A stretch of 64,000 nucleotides of DNA from Thermoanaerobaculia bacterium (lineage in GTDB: Bacteria; Acidobacteriota; Thermoanaerobaculia; UBA5066): contig CAWFJJ010000024.1 in the NCBI GenBank assembly GCA_963816185.1, forward strand, positions 32,001-96,000, read 5' to 3'. Positions 32,401 through 40,612 of the stretch are shown in pieces (position 1 is the stretch's first letter; each line of letters opens with the position of its first letter). Position numbers and translations under genes: made by a program. The notes below the pieces were generated by a model that saw nothing but the letters and a program-made list of their open reading frames with translations, ran no database searches and was not told the DNA's origin.

Positions 32401-34756
32401 TCGTCACGCCCGGGTTCGTGATCGTGATCGTCGGGCAGACGGTCACGAGGCTGTACGAGGTCGCGCCCGAGCAGCCGGCGGCGTCGGTCGCGGTGACGAC
32501 GATCGGGAAGGTGCCGCCCTGCGTCGGCGTGCCCGAGAGAACGCCGGCCGAGAAGGTCATCCCGGCGGGCAAGGCGCCCGTCTCCGTGAGCGTGTAGGGC
32601 GACGTCCCGCCGCTCGCCGTGAACGTCACGGGGCCGTACGGCGAGCCGACGGGGCCCGAGGCGAGCGTCGGGGGCGCGACGGTGATCGTGACGCCGTTAC
32701 ACGTCACGGTGACCACGTAGTCCTGGCTCCCGACGCAGCCGCCGACCGAATCGGTCGCCGAGATCGTGATCGGGAACGTCCCGGTCTGGGTGGGCGTCCC
32801 GTCGAGAGTGGCGCCGGTGAAATTCATGCCCGTCGGCAAGGAGCCGGCCTCGGCGAACGTGTAGGGCCCCGTTCCGCCGCTCGCCGTGAACGTCGTACTC
32901 GGGAAGGGTGAGCCGGCCAGGACGGTCGGCAGCGAGCTCGGCGAAAGCGTTATGGACGTCCCCGAGCAGGCCACGACCACGAGGTAGTCGCGGCTCGCCG
33001 TGCAGCCGTTCGAATCCGTGACGGTGACCGTGATCGGGAAGCTCCCGGTCTCGGTCGGCGTGCCCGCGAGCGTGTCGATCGAGAAGCTCATCCCGTTCGG
33101 GAGGGCGCCCGTCTCGGAGAACGTGACGGAGCCGATGCCGCCTGTCTGCGTGAACGTCGTCGCGGGGTACGGGGTGCCGGTCGTTCCCTGCGGGAGCGTC
33201 GCGGGAGACAGGGTGATCGACTGGCAGCTCACGACGAGCGTGTACGTCGCGCTCGTCCCCGTGCAGCCGTTCGCGTCCGTGACGGTGACGCCGATCGGGA
33301 ACGAGCCGGTCTGACCGGGCGTGCCCGACAGCGTCCCGTTCGCCGCGAGGGACATTCCCGACGGGAGCGTCGACGCCGTCGTGAACGTCGCGCCGCCGAT
33401 CGCGCCCGTCTGCGTGAAGGTCTGGCTGAACGCGGTGCCGATGGTCGCGGTCGCCGTCGCGGGGTTCGTGACGACGATCGTCTGGCAGCCGATCGAGAGG
33501 TTGTAAGTCGAGCTCGTGCCCGTGCAGAGGTTCGCGTCCGTGACCGTCACGACGATCGGGAAGAGGCCGGTCTGGGTCGGCGTTCCCGCGAGGACGCCGT
33601 TCACGGCGAGATTCAGCCCGGCCGGAAGCGTCGACGCGGTCGTGAATGTCGCCGATCCGATCGCGCCGGCCTGCGTGAACGTCTGGCTGAACGCCGTACC
33701 GGCCGTTCCGGCGGCCACGGCCGGGTTCGTCACCGTGATCGTCTGGCAGGCGATGACGAGGTGGTACGTCGCGCCGCTGCCCGTGCAGCCGTTCGCGTCG
33801 GTCGCCGTCACGAGGATGTCGAAGCCGCCCGCCTGCGTCGGCGTGCCCGAGAGGACGCCGTTCGCCGCGAGCGTCATGCCGATCGGAAGGGCGCTCGCCG
33901 TCGTGAACGTCGTCGCCCCGACGCCACCCGCCTGCGTGAACGTCTGGCTGAAGAAGACGTTTGCCGTGCCCGTCGCCGTCACGGGGTTCGTCACGGTGAT
34001 GGTCTGGCAGGAGATCACGAGCGTGTACGTCGCGCCCGTCCCCGTGCAACCGCTCGCGTCGGTCGCGGTCACGGTGATCGGGAAGGTGCCCGGCTGGGTC
34101 GGCGTGCCCGAGAGCGTCCCGTTCGGAGCGAGCGTCAGGCCGGCGGGCAGCGGCGACGCCGTCGTGTACGTCTTCGTCCCCGTGCCGCCGGAGGACGTGA
34201 AGGTCTGGCTGAACGGCACGTTGACCGTGCCCGACGCCGTCAAGGGGTTCGTCACCGTGATCGTGCTCGTGCACGCCGGGACCCAGTAGCCCGAGATGTC
34301 GATGATGAAGTCGGCCGCCCCCGCCGAGACGTTCGCGAGCGCGACGGTACCCGTGTTGTCGCTCGCAAGGGCCACGATCGTGTTGCTCGCGCGGGTCTTG
34401 CCCGCCGAGAAAGCCAGGACCAGCGTCGGGGGTGCCGCCGCATCGCCCGCATAGAGCTGCGCGTAGCCCATTTCCGCCGGCGAGACGACGGTGAGGTTGA
34501 CGGCCAGGCCTAGGGCGGTCGGCGGCACGCCGCAGGCTCCCGTGAGCGTGAAGAGACGTGTCTCGTTCGGATTCAGGGCGGGGCCTCCCAGAGGGTCTGC
34601 CGGGTTCCGCGTGTCGACCGCTCGGCAGGGAGAGATCGTCATGAGGGCTTGGCCCCCGGCCGCGGAGAGAGGGAGCGGCAGGGAAAGCAGCGCCAGCGCG
34701 ACGACGAGAAATCCCGGACGGGGAAGTGAACGGTCCTCGCGGTCGAGCAGTCTCAT
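29435..34756 (-). CDS. Giant exported protein: N-terminal PCRxxDTR-type domain, ten putative-Ig (He_PIG-like) repeats, C-terminal beta-helix-like region
   Basis: 1773-aa ORF with a signal peptide, repeats LP.G..L...G.LSGTPT..GTF.I.V..TD.NGC, then VWYVNN...PLATV and an Asn/Gly/Thr-rich solenoid pattern. Confidence 0.88.
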   Translation of the reverse strand: MRLLDREDRSLPRPGFLVVALALLSLPLPLSAAGGQALMTISPCRAVDTRNPADPLGGPALNPNETRLFTLTGACGVPPTALGLAVNLTVVSPAEMGYAQLYAGDAAAPPTLVLAFSAGKTRASNTIVALASDNTGTVALANVSAGAADFIIDISGYWVPACTSTITVTNPLTASGTVNVPFSQTFTSSGGTGTKTYTTASPLPAGLTLAPNGTLSGTPTQPGTFPITVTATDASGCTGTGATYTLVISCQTITVTNPVTATGTANVFFSQTFTQAGGVGATTFTTASALPIGMTLAANGVLSGTPTQAGGFDILVTATDANGCTGSGATYHLVIACQTITVTNPAVAAGTAGTAFSQTFTQAGAIGSATFTTASTLPAGLNLAVNGVLAGTPTQTGLFPIVVTVTDANLCTGTSSTYNLSIGCQTIVVTNPATATATIGTAFSQTFTQTGAIGGATFTTASTLPSGMSLAANGTLSGTPGQTGSFPIGVTVTDANGCTGTSATYTLVVSCQSITLSPATLPQGTTGTPYPATTFTQTGGIGSVTFSETGALPNGMSFSIDTLAGTPTETGSFPITVTVTDSNGCTASRDYLVVVACSGTSITLSPSSLPTVLAGSPFPSTTFTASGGTGPYTFAEAGSLPTGMNFTGATLDGTPTQTGTFPITISATDSVGGCVGSQDYVVTVTCNGVTITVAPPTLASGPVGSPYGPVTFTASGGTSPYTLTETGALPAGMTFSAGVLSGTPTQGGTFPIVVTATDAAGCSGATSYSLVTVCPTITITNPGVTTGTVDAPFNQTFTQTGAAGTATFTTSSTLPGGLTLAADGTLSGTPGQNGTFPIVVKVTDANGCTGTGATYTLVISCQTITVSNPGTTTGTVDAPFSQTFTQAGVGTHTPATFTTSSTLPAGLTLSAAGVLSGTPSSSGTFPIVVTVTDANGCTGTGATYTLVISCQTITVSNPTSTIATYNTALAPAGNFTFTQSGVGTHTPATFTLTTGSLPTGVSLSTAGVLTGTPTQTGTFTITVKATDANGCFGTSGTYTLSVAPAIVTQTYSGVGNTQLYVTGVTGAPTTPAVATVSGLLTSAQPAGSVTVTAAGCTAGAAISTFDGLGRFVYTPNAGATSSTCTYTVSSDSGGTGTPASATAPLNVTLTGMVWYVNNSGGSDSASRGRSHEPLATVAQAVTNASANQTIFLHTGSSNYAGASLNKAGLTLWGQGTTFTLGPLTIGAGGKPTLNSTLTLAANTLTVSSLDVSAGSSTGVTNSGAITGATVQNGVTVTTTTGTAVSLNAAGGAFTFQAVSANGGANGIVLQNSTGSFTVTGTGGAGTGGTIQSVTGDGVLLSNAQSVSLTSMSIQNTGHSGVKGSNNVQTFSFVNGTINNSGTASGTGDSNIAFNAGAYSPTIGNEKNLTGTLTITGSTLTNAYYHGVDVFQFDGTISNTNISNNTLTSSTLTTASKGSAIRLVGFGSASTVASYSKATINGNTITNFPSDAGILFLGGNATSTLAPAGTYGSDLSTNAIAITNNVISGQSAANQMGTQGINTALNGRGTGFFVITNNSITNVKGLGIGFGSNGLTTYTGTIAGNTIVAHNIFSSAGIGGGTTSTFSSSDTPVLNLSIGDGTAGGANNISQTDGNGILVNTIGATGQAHVRIRTNTVAAPTSGSGTTFGIRVSSGSASSANETVCLEITGNTTAGDSGGGFIASGIGLRKQGTNSAINAFGIVGLPGGSTSTPDVENYVNSQNPGSAPGNFGVGGTTLISATSGFSTCVEPGGF
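31884..32258. repeat. Near-identical ~108-bp direct repeat within the Ig array (copies at 31884 and 32151)
   Basis: GGGTTCGAGACCGTGATCGTCTGGCAGGAGATCACGAGCGTGTAGG...GGAACGTGCCG occurs twice, 267 bp apart, with one mismatch. Confidence 0.8.
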
Positions 34757-35002
34757 CAGGTGGAGCCCTTTCCTCGTCGAGCCTCGACGTCGTACGGGAT
34801 CTGTGTGCCGAATCGGAACCGTGAGCCGAGCTCCACGTCGCGATCGACTTCTTCTCCCTCTCGCTTCGGATTACCGGCGAGATCCTATCTCAAGTCGGGA
34901 TTCTCGACGAGCCCTTTGAACTCCCTCTCCAGCGGGACCTGATTCATTTGCGGCATACCGCCGGAACCGGCCGGCCGGTACCTTGACACTGGAGGTTCCC
35001 GC

Positions 35003-36394
35003 ATGCCGACCGCACTCAGGGAACGCCCCAAACCCTTCCTCTTACCCGAGTTCTGCAAAGGCTGCGGCCGATGCATCGACTCCTGCGCGAAGGACTGCAT
35101 CGAGGCAGGCCACGAGATCGACCCGCGCACGGGCCTCGTGCCCGTCACGCTGAATCTCGAGGCGTGCAACGGCTGCGGCCTGTGCTTCGACGCGTGCCCC
35201 GAGCCGTACGGCCTCAGGCCGCGGCCGGAGGGCGATTTCGAGCTTCAGGACCCGGAGAAACTGTTCGGAACACGGACGGCCCCGCCCCGGCCGGCGCCTA
35301 TTCCGCCTCGTGCGATTCCCCTGCCGCCCGTCGCGCCGCTCATCGTGAAAGGCAACTATGCCGCCGCGATCGGAGCGCTTCTCGCGGGCTGCCGGCACGT
35401 CTTCGGCTATCCGATCACACCCTCCACCGAAGGCGCCGAGCTGATGGCGAAGATCCTGCCGAAGCTGGACGGCATCTTCCTGCAGGCCGTGAGCGAGGTC
35501 GCGACCGTCAACATCATGTACGGCTGCGGCGGCGCGGGTCTTCCCTGCATGACCTTCACCTCCTCGCCCGGCTTCAGTCTCATGCTCGAAGGCATCTCGT
35601 ACATGATCGGCGCCGAGGTGCCGGGCGTGTTCGTGAACGTCATGCGCGGCGGGCCGGGCCTCGGAAACATCGCCCCGGAGCAGGCCGACGTGAAGCTCGC
35701 GTGCCGCGGCCTCGGCCACGGCAACACGCACGCGATCGTCCTCGCGCCCTCGACGCCGCAGGAGATGCTCGACCTCACGAGGCTCGCGTTCGAATTGTCG
35801 TTCCGCTACCGGAATCCGGTCGTCATCGTCGCGGACGGGTACCTCGGACAGATGACGGGCAAGGTCGTGCTCCCGGACACGATGATCGAGCCCGGCCTTC
35901 CGGACTGGGCGGTCTTCGGAGACGGAGCGCACCGCGGCAACCTCATCAACTCGATCTTCCTCGACGAGAAAGACCTCGAGAGCCACAACACACGCTTGAA
36001 CGAGAAATACCGGCGCATGGAGACCGAACAGCTCTCCGACGCCTTCGCCTGCTCGGATGCGACGACGATCGTCGTCGCCTTCGGCACGCCGGCGCGGATG
36101 GCCAAGGGCGCGGTCGAGACGCTGCGCCGAGAGGGCCTCCGCGTCGGTCTCTTCCGGCCGCTCACGCTGTGGCCGTTCCCCGTCGCCGCATTGAAATCGT
36201 TCCTGCCGAAGGCGAAGAGGATCCTCGTCGTCGAGGCCAGCAACGGGCAGCTCGAGGACGAGCTTCGCCTCGCGCTTTCGAAGTCCGGCGTGGCGCCGCC
36301 GCCGATCGAGAGCGTCCGGCACGGGGGCGGCATCCTGCCGCAGGCGGCCGAGATCGCGGCTGCGATCCGGGCTTCTCAGGAGGTTCTGGCATGA
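35003..36394 (+). CDS. 2-oxoacid:ferredoxin oxidoreductase, fused ferredoxin (delta) + alpha subunit
   Basis: Two CxxCxxCxxxC motifs, then GYPITPS, SEVA, TSSPGFSLM.EG, MRGGPGLGNI. Confidence 0.9.
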   Translation: MPTALRERPKPFLLPEFCKGCGRCIDSCAKDCIEAGHEIDPRTGLVPVTLNLEACNGCGLCFDACPEPYGLRPRPEGDFELQDPEKLFGTRTAPPRPAPIPPRAIPLPPVAPLIVKGNYAAAIGALLAGCRHVFGYPITPSTEGAELMAKILPKLDGIFLQAVSEVATVNIMYGCGGAGLPCMTFTSSPGFSLMLEGISYMIGAEVPGVFVNVMRGGPGLGNIAPEQADVKLACRGLGHGNTHAIVLAPSTPQEMLDLTRLAFELSFRYRNPVVIVADGYLGQMTGKVVLPDTMIEPGLPDWAVFGDGAHRGNLINSIFLDEKDLESHNTRLNEKYRRMETEQLSDAFACSDATTIVVAFGTPARMAKGAVETLRREGLRVGLFRPLTLWPFPVAALKSFLPKAKRILVVEASNGQLEDELRLALSKSGVAPPPIESVRHGGGILPQAAEIAAAIRASQEVLA

Positions 36395-37812
36395 GCGTCT
36401 TCTACGAGAAGTTCGAGCGCCACGCGGGCGGCGAAGGGCTGAAGGGCCACGCGACTCACTATTGCCCGGGCTGCGGCCACGGCCTCGTGCACAAGTACCT
36501 CGCAGAGGCGATCGAGGAGCTCGGCATCCGGGACCGCACGGTCGCGATCTCGCCGGTCGGCTGCTCGGTCTTTCTCTATTACTACTTCGACGTCGGGAAC
36601 TCTCAGGCCGCGCACGGTCGCGCGCCTGCGGTGGCGCTCGGCCACAAGTACGCGAATCCGGATTCCATCGTGATCAGCTATCAGGGCGACGGCGATCTCG
36701 CCTCCATCGGACTCGCGGAGATCGTCTGGGCGGCGCAGCTCGGCACGCCGATCACGGTGATCTTCGTGAACAACGCGATCTACGGCATGACGGGAGGCCA
36801 GATGGCGCCCACGACGCTCATCGGCCAGAAGAGCGCCACGAGCCCCACCGGCCGCACGGAGATGATGGGTCTGCCGATGAAGATGGCCGAGCTCGTCTCA
36901 GGGCTCGACGGGCCGGTCTACGTCGAGCGTGTCGCTCTCTACGACGCGAAGCAGCGCATGAAGGCGAAGAAGGCCGTCCTGAAGGCGGTGAAGATGCAGG
37001 TCGAGAACCGGGGTTTCGCGTTCGTCGAGGTGCTCGCCGAATGCCCGACGCATCTCGGGATGACGCCCGAGGAGACGGAAGCCTGGGTGAAGGAGAAGAT
37101 GCTCCCGGTCTTCCCGCTCGGCGTGAAGAAAGACTCCGCGCGCGAACCCTGGTTCCACCGCGAGAAGCCCCGGTTCGACGCCGAGAGCCTCGTCGCGGCG
37201 ATCGGGGCGTCCGCCGAGCGCCCTCCGCGCTTCGCGGCCGGCTTCCCCGCGCACCTCGGCGGCACGGACATCGCGCTGAAGCTCGCGGGCGCGGGAGGCG
37301 ACGGCGCGCAGACGGCGGCCATGCTCCTCACGCGCGCCGCCATCCACGAAGGCTACGACGCGACGCACATCCCCAGCTACGGACCCGAGTCGCGCGGCGG
37401 GACGTCGTACGCCGACGTCCACGTGAGCGCCGACGAGGTTCTCTCGCCGGCCTCGCCGCATCCGGCGATCCTGGTCGCGTTCAACGCCCCGAGCCTCGTG
37501 AAATTTGCGCCGGATGTGCCGGTGGGCGGCACCATCCTGTACGACAGCTCCGTCATCAAAGATCCGCCGCCGTTCCAGGCCGGCGTGCACGTGTTCGGCG
37601 TGCCCTTCACGGAGATCGCCGTGGATCTCGGCAAGGCGATGGTGAAGAACATCGTCGCGCTCGGAGCTCTGCAGGCCGCGACGAAGCTCTTCCCCGAGGA
37701 GTCGTTGCGCACCGCCATCCGCCTCGCCCTGAAGGACAAATGCGCGCTCATTCCCCTGAACGAGGAGGCTTTCTCGTGGGGGATGCGCGCCGTCACGCCG
37801 GCTCCGAACTGA
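36391..37812 (+). CDS. 2-oxoacid:ferredoxin oxidoreductase, fused beta + gamma subunit
   Basis: HYCPGCGH, PVGCS, HGRA, QGDGD, NNAIYGMTGGQ, ECPT; then AGAGGDG, PSYGPESRGG, NIVALG. Confidence 0.9.
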   Translation: MSVFYEKFERHAGGEGLKGHATHYCPGCGHGLVHKYLAEAIEELGIRDRTVAISPVGCSVFLYYYFDVGNSQAAHGRAPAVALGHKYANPDSIVISYQGDGDLASIGLAEIVWAAQLGTPITVIFVNNAIYGMTGGQMAPTTLIGQKSATSPTGRTEMMGLPMKMAELVSGLDGPVYVERVALYDAKQRMKAKKAVLKAVKMQVENRGFAFVEVLAECPTHLGMTPEETEAWVKEKMLPVFPLGVKKDSAREPWFHREKPRFDAESLVAAIGASAERPPRFAAGFPAHLGGTDIALKLAGAGGDGAQTAAMLLTRAAIHEGYDATHIPSYGPESRGGTSYADVHVSADEVLSPASPHPAILVAFNAPSLVKFAPDVPVGGTILYDSSVIKDPPPFQAGVHVFGVPFTEIAVDLGKAMVKNIVALGALQAATKLFPEESLRTAIRLALKDKCALIPLNEEAFSWGMRAVTPAPN

Positions 37813-37826
37813 TCGCGGAGGACACC

Positions 37827-38102
37827 ATGAATCAGGACCTGATCCCCGTCTCCCTGACCCCTGCCGAGTACCGCCTGCTCATGGGCCTGCGCGACGTGCC
37901 GGAGTCCTCGCTGAAGACGCGCGTGAAGGCGCTCATCGAAGCCCTCTTCCGGATGGCCCGCGAGCCGCGCTGCCCCGAGCACCAGCCGGACGGCGTGCCG
38001 TGCGCGAGCGTGCACGCGAACTGCGACCAGTGCGTCGAGGTCACGCGCATGCTCGACGGCCTCGAGGCCATGGAGCTTCAGATCCGCGGCTTCCCGGGAT
38101 GA
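37827..38102 (+). CDS. Small Cys/His-rich hypothetical protein (91 aa)
   Basis: GGAGG RBS; CPEHQPDGVPCASVHANCDQC; stop overlaps the next ATG. Confidence 0.7.
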   Translation: MNQDLIPVSLTPAEYRLLMGLRDVPESSLKTRVKALIEALFRMAREPRCPEHQPDGVPCASVHANCDQCVEVTRMLDGLEAMELQIRGFPG

Positions 38103-40375
38103 AGGGAGCCGTCGCGGCGACGATCACGGGACCCGCCGAGATCGTTCCGTGCGGCGCGCGCGAGCGGCCGCACGACGCTTCTCGAGCACGAGGTCTACGC
38201 GCTGCTCGGCGCGGCGGGCTTCGACGTGCCGCGACACGTCTTCTGGAACGGCGCGCCGGAGCTGGTGCCGACGGAGGTTGAAGATTTCTTGGAAGGGTTG
38301 AGAGGGGACGACGTCGTCCTCAAGATCGTCTCGCCGGATCTCGCCCATAAGTCCGACGTCGGCGGATTCTCATTTTCAAAGAAATCTCCTGCGTCGGTCA
38401 TCGCTGCGGCGAGGACGACGTGGGAAGACGTCTCCCGCCGAGCGCCCGCAGCCCAGCGCCTCGGGATCCTCGTCGTCGAGAAGCTCGTTCCCGCCTCCGG
38501 GAGGTCCCGGCAGCCGAGGCGCTCGTCTCGTTCAAGCAGGACGCGGCCTTCGGCCCCGTCCTCCTCTTCGGCCTCGGCGGCGTCCTGACCGAGTGGTACG
38601 GCGCGAATGGCGCCTGGTGCGACGACGGCGATCCTGCAGCCCGGGAGAGGTGAAGCAGGGCCTCGAGGCCGCGAGTCGAAAAGAGGCCGGCGCTGAAGAT
38701 CTTCTTTGAAAGGAACAGGGCGCAAGCGCAGGCGCCGCTCGTGCTCGACGAGGTGGCGGCCAAGCTCGAATCACTTTCTAAGAATCTCTCTCCCTATTCT
38801 CCCGAGAATTCTCTTGGGTTACCGACTCTCGAAGAGCTCGAGGTCAACCCGGTCCTTCTGACGGCGGACGGGCGCTGGGTCGTGGCCGACGGGAAGGCTT
38901 CGTTCTCGGACCGCAGGGCCGTTCCCGTTCGGAGGCCTCTCGAGAAGATCGAGAAGCTTCTCGCGCCGCGAAGCGCCGTGGTCTTCGGCGCGTCCGCCCG
39001 CGAATCGAATCCAGGCCGGATCATCCTCAACAATCTGAAAGCCTCCGAGACCGTCGTATACGGCCATTTGCATGCGGTTCACCCGCGGGCGGACACGATC
39101 GATGGCGTGCCCTGCGTGCGCTCCGCCTCCGACCTGCCGTCGCCCGTGGACCTCGCGGTCGTGGCGATCCCCGCCGCCGGCGCGCGGGACGCCATCCGGG
39201 ATCTCTGCGCGGGCGATCTCGCGCGCGCGATCATCCTCATTCCGGGAGGGTTCTCGGAGACGGGAAACCGCGGGCTCGAGGACGACATCCGTGCGGCCCT
39301 CGCGTCCTCGCGAGCTCTTCCCTCGGGAGGCCCCGTTCTCGTGGGCGGCAACTGCCTGGGCGTCGTCTCCAAGCACGCCTACAACACGTTCTTCCTTCCG
39401 CAGTACAAGCTGCCGTTCCACGACGCGCCGGGCGACCGCCTCGTCGCGGTGAGTCAAAGCGGCGCGTACCTCGTGTCGCTCACGAGCAACCTGGACGGCA
39501 TCATCTTTCCGCGCGCGTCGATCTCTTACGGCAATCAGATCGACCTGACCGCGGCGGATTTTCTCGAGTACTTCGAGAGGGATCCGTCCGTGCGCGTCCT
39601 CGCGTTCTACGTCGAGGGCTTCGCGCCCCTGGATGGCGCGCGTTTCGCAGCGATCGCGCGGCGCGTCGTGGCGTCGGGCCGGCACGTCCTCGTCTACAAG
39701 GCCGGCCGAACGGCGCTCGGCGCGATGGCCGCGCGGAGCCATACGGCGGCTCTCGCCGGCGACTGGGAGACAGCGCGGGCGCTCCTCGAAGGCGCGGGCG
39801 CGATCGTCGCGGTCACCCTCGACATGTTCGAGGACTACGTGAAGATCTTCACGATGCTCGCGGATCGCCTGCCGTCGGGGCGGCGGCTCGCGGTCCTCTC
39901 GAACGCGGGCTTCGAGTGCGGGGCGGTCCTGGACCGGCTCTACGCCCTGACGCCAGCCGTGCTCGCCCCTGCGACGAGAGCAGGTCTTCGGGCCTGCCTC
40001 CCGGCGATCGCCCACGCCGACAATCCCGTCGATGCCACGCCGATGGCGGGTACCGCCGACTTCGTCGCCGCGGCGAAAGCGCTCCTCGCGGATCCTGGAG
40101 TGGACGCGCTCCTCGTCTCGCCGATCCCGGTCACTCCGGCGCTCGACGACCTCGCGCCCGACCTTTCGGGCGCGCACGCGGAGAACATCTTCTCGCCGGG
40201 CTCGCTCGCGCAGGAGCTCCTGCGTCTTTTTCGCGAGACCGCAAAGCCGCTCGTCGTGAACGTCGACTCCGGGCGCCTGTACGACGATTTCGTCGGCGTT
40301 CTTCAGCGCGGCGGAATCCCCGTCTACCGGAAGATCGACCGGGCTTCCCGGGCCCTCTCCGCGCTCTGCGCCTGA
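38099..40375 (+). CDS. ADP-forming acyl-CoA synthetase (acetate-CoA ligase family), ATP-grasp first then CoA-binding domains; indels at about 38150-38620
   Basis: LLEHEVY.LL, VLKIVSPD..HKSDVGG, D..FGPV..FG.GG, ELEVNP, FGAS, GGFSE, GGNCLG, SQSGA, SHTAALAG, NAG, NPVD. Confidence 0.88.
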
Positions 40376-40384
40376 AGGCGCTCT

Positions 40385-40612
40385 TCAGGAGTTATTCGGG
40401 TTGTCGGTCGTGCGCAGGTAGTAGTAAAGGCGTTTCGCCGGATCCTGCGGGAAGGCGTTCACCCTGAGGACGCGATAGGTCGCCTCGCGCTCGCCCTCGA
40501 AGACGAATCGCGTGTCGACATGGGCGGCCCCTTCGGGGAGGAGGAGGTTGCCCCAGCGCTCCGCCGTCTTCCCGCAGCGGCTCTTCGGGTCGAACGAAGC
40601 GACCTCCGTCAA
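40385..40612 (-). CDS. Small hypothetical protein (75 aa) coupled to pyrG
   Basis: TTG start overlaps the pyrG TGA (TTGA); GC3-rich codons; LTEVASFDP...[14 protein letters not shown]. Confidence 0.5.
   Translation of the reverse strand: MTEVASFDPKSRCGKTAERWGNLLLPEGAAHVDTRFVFEGEREATYRVLRVNAFPQDPAKRLYYYLRTTDNPNNS

Noticed and set aside
31600-34300. Periodic repeats as a CRISPR array or DGR template
   Set aside because: The ~260-bp period is in frame and encodes Ig domains; there are no short repeat-spacer units, cas genes or reverse transcriptase.
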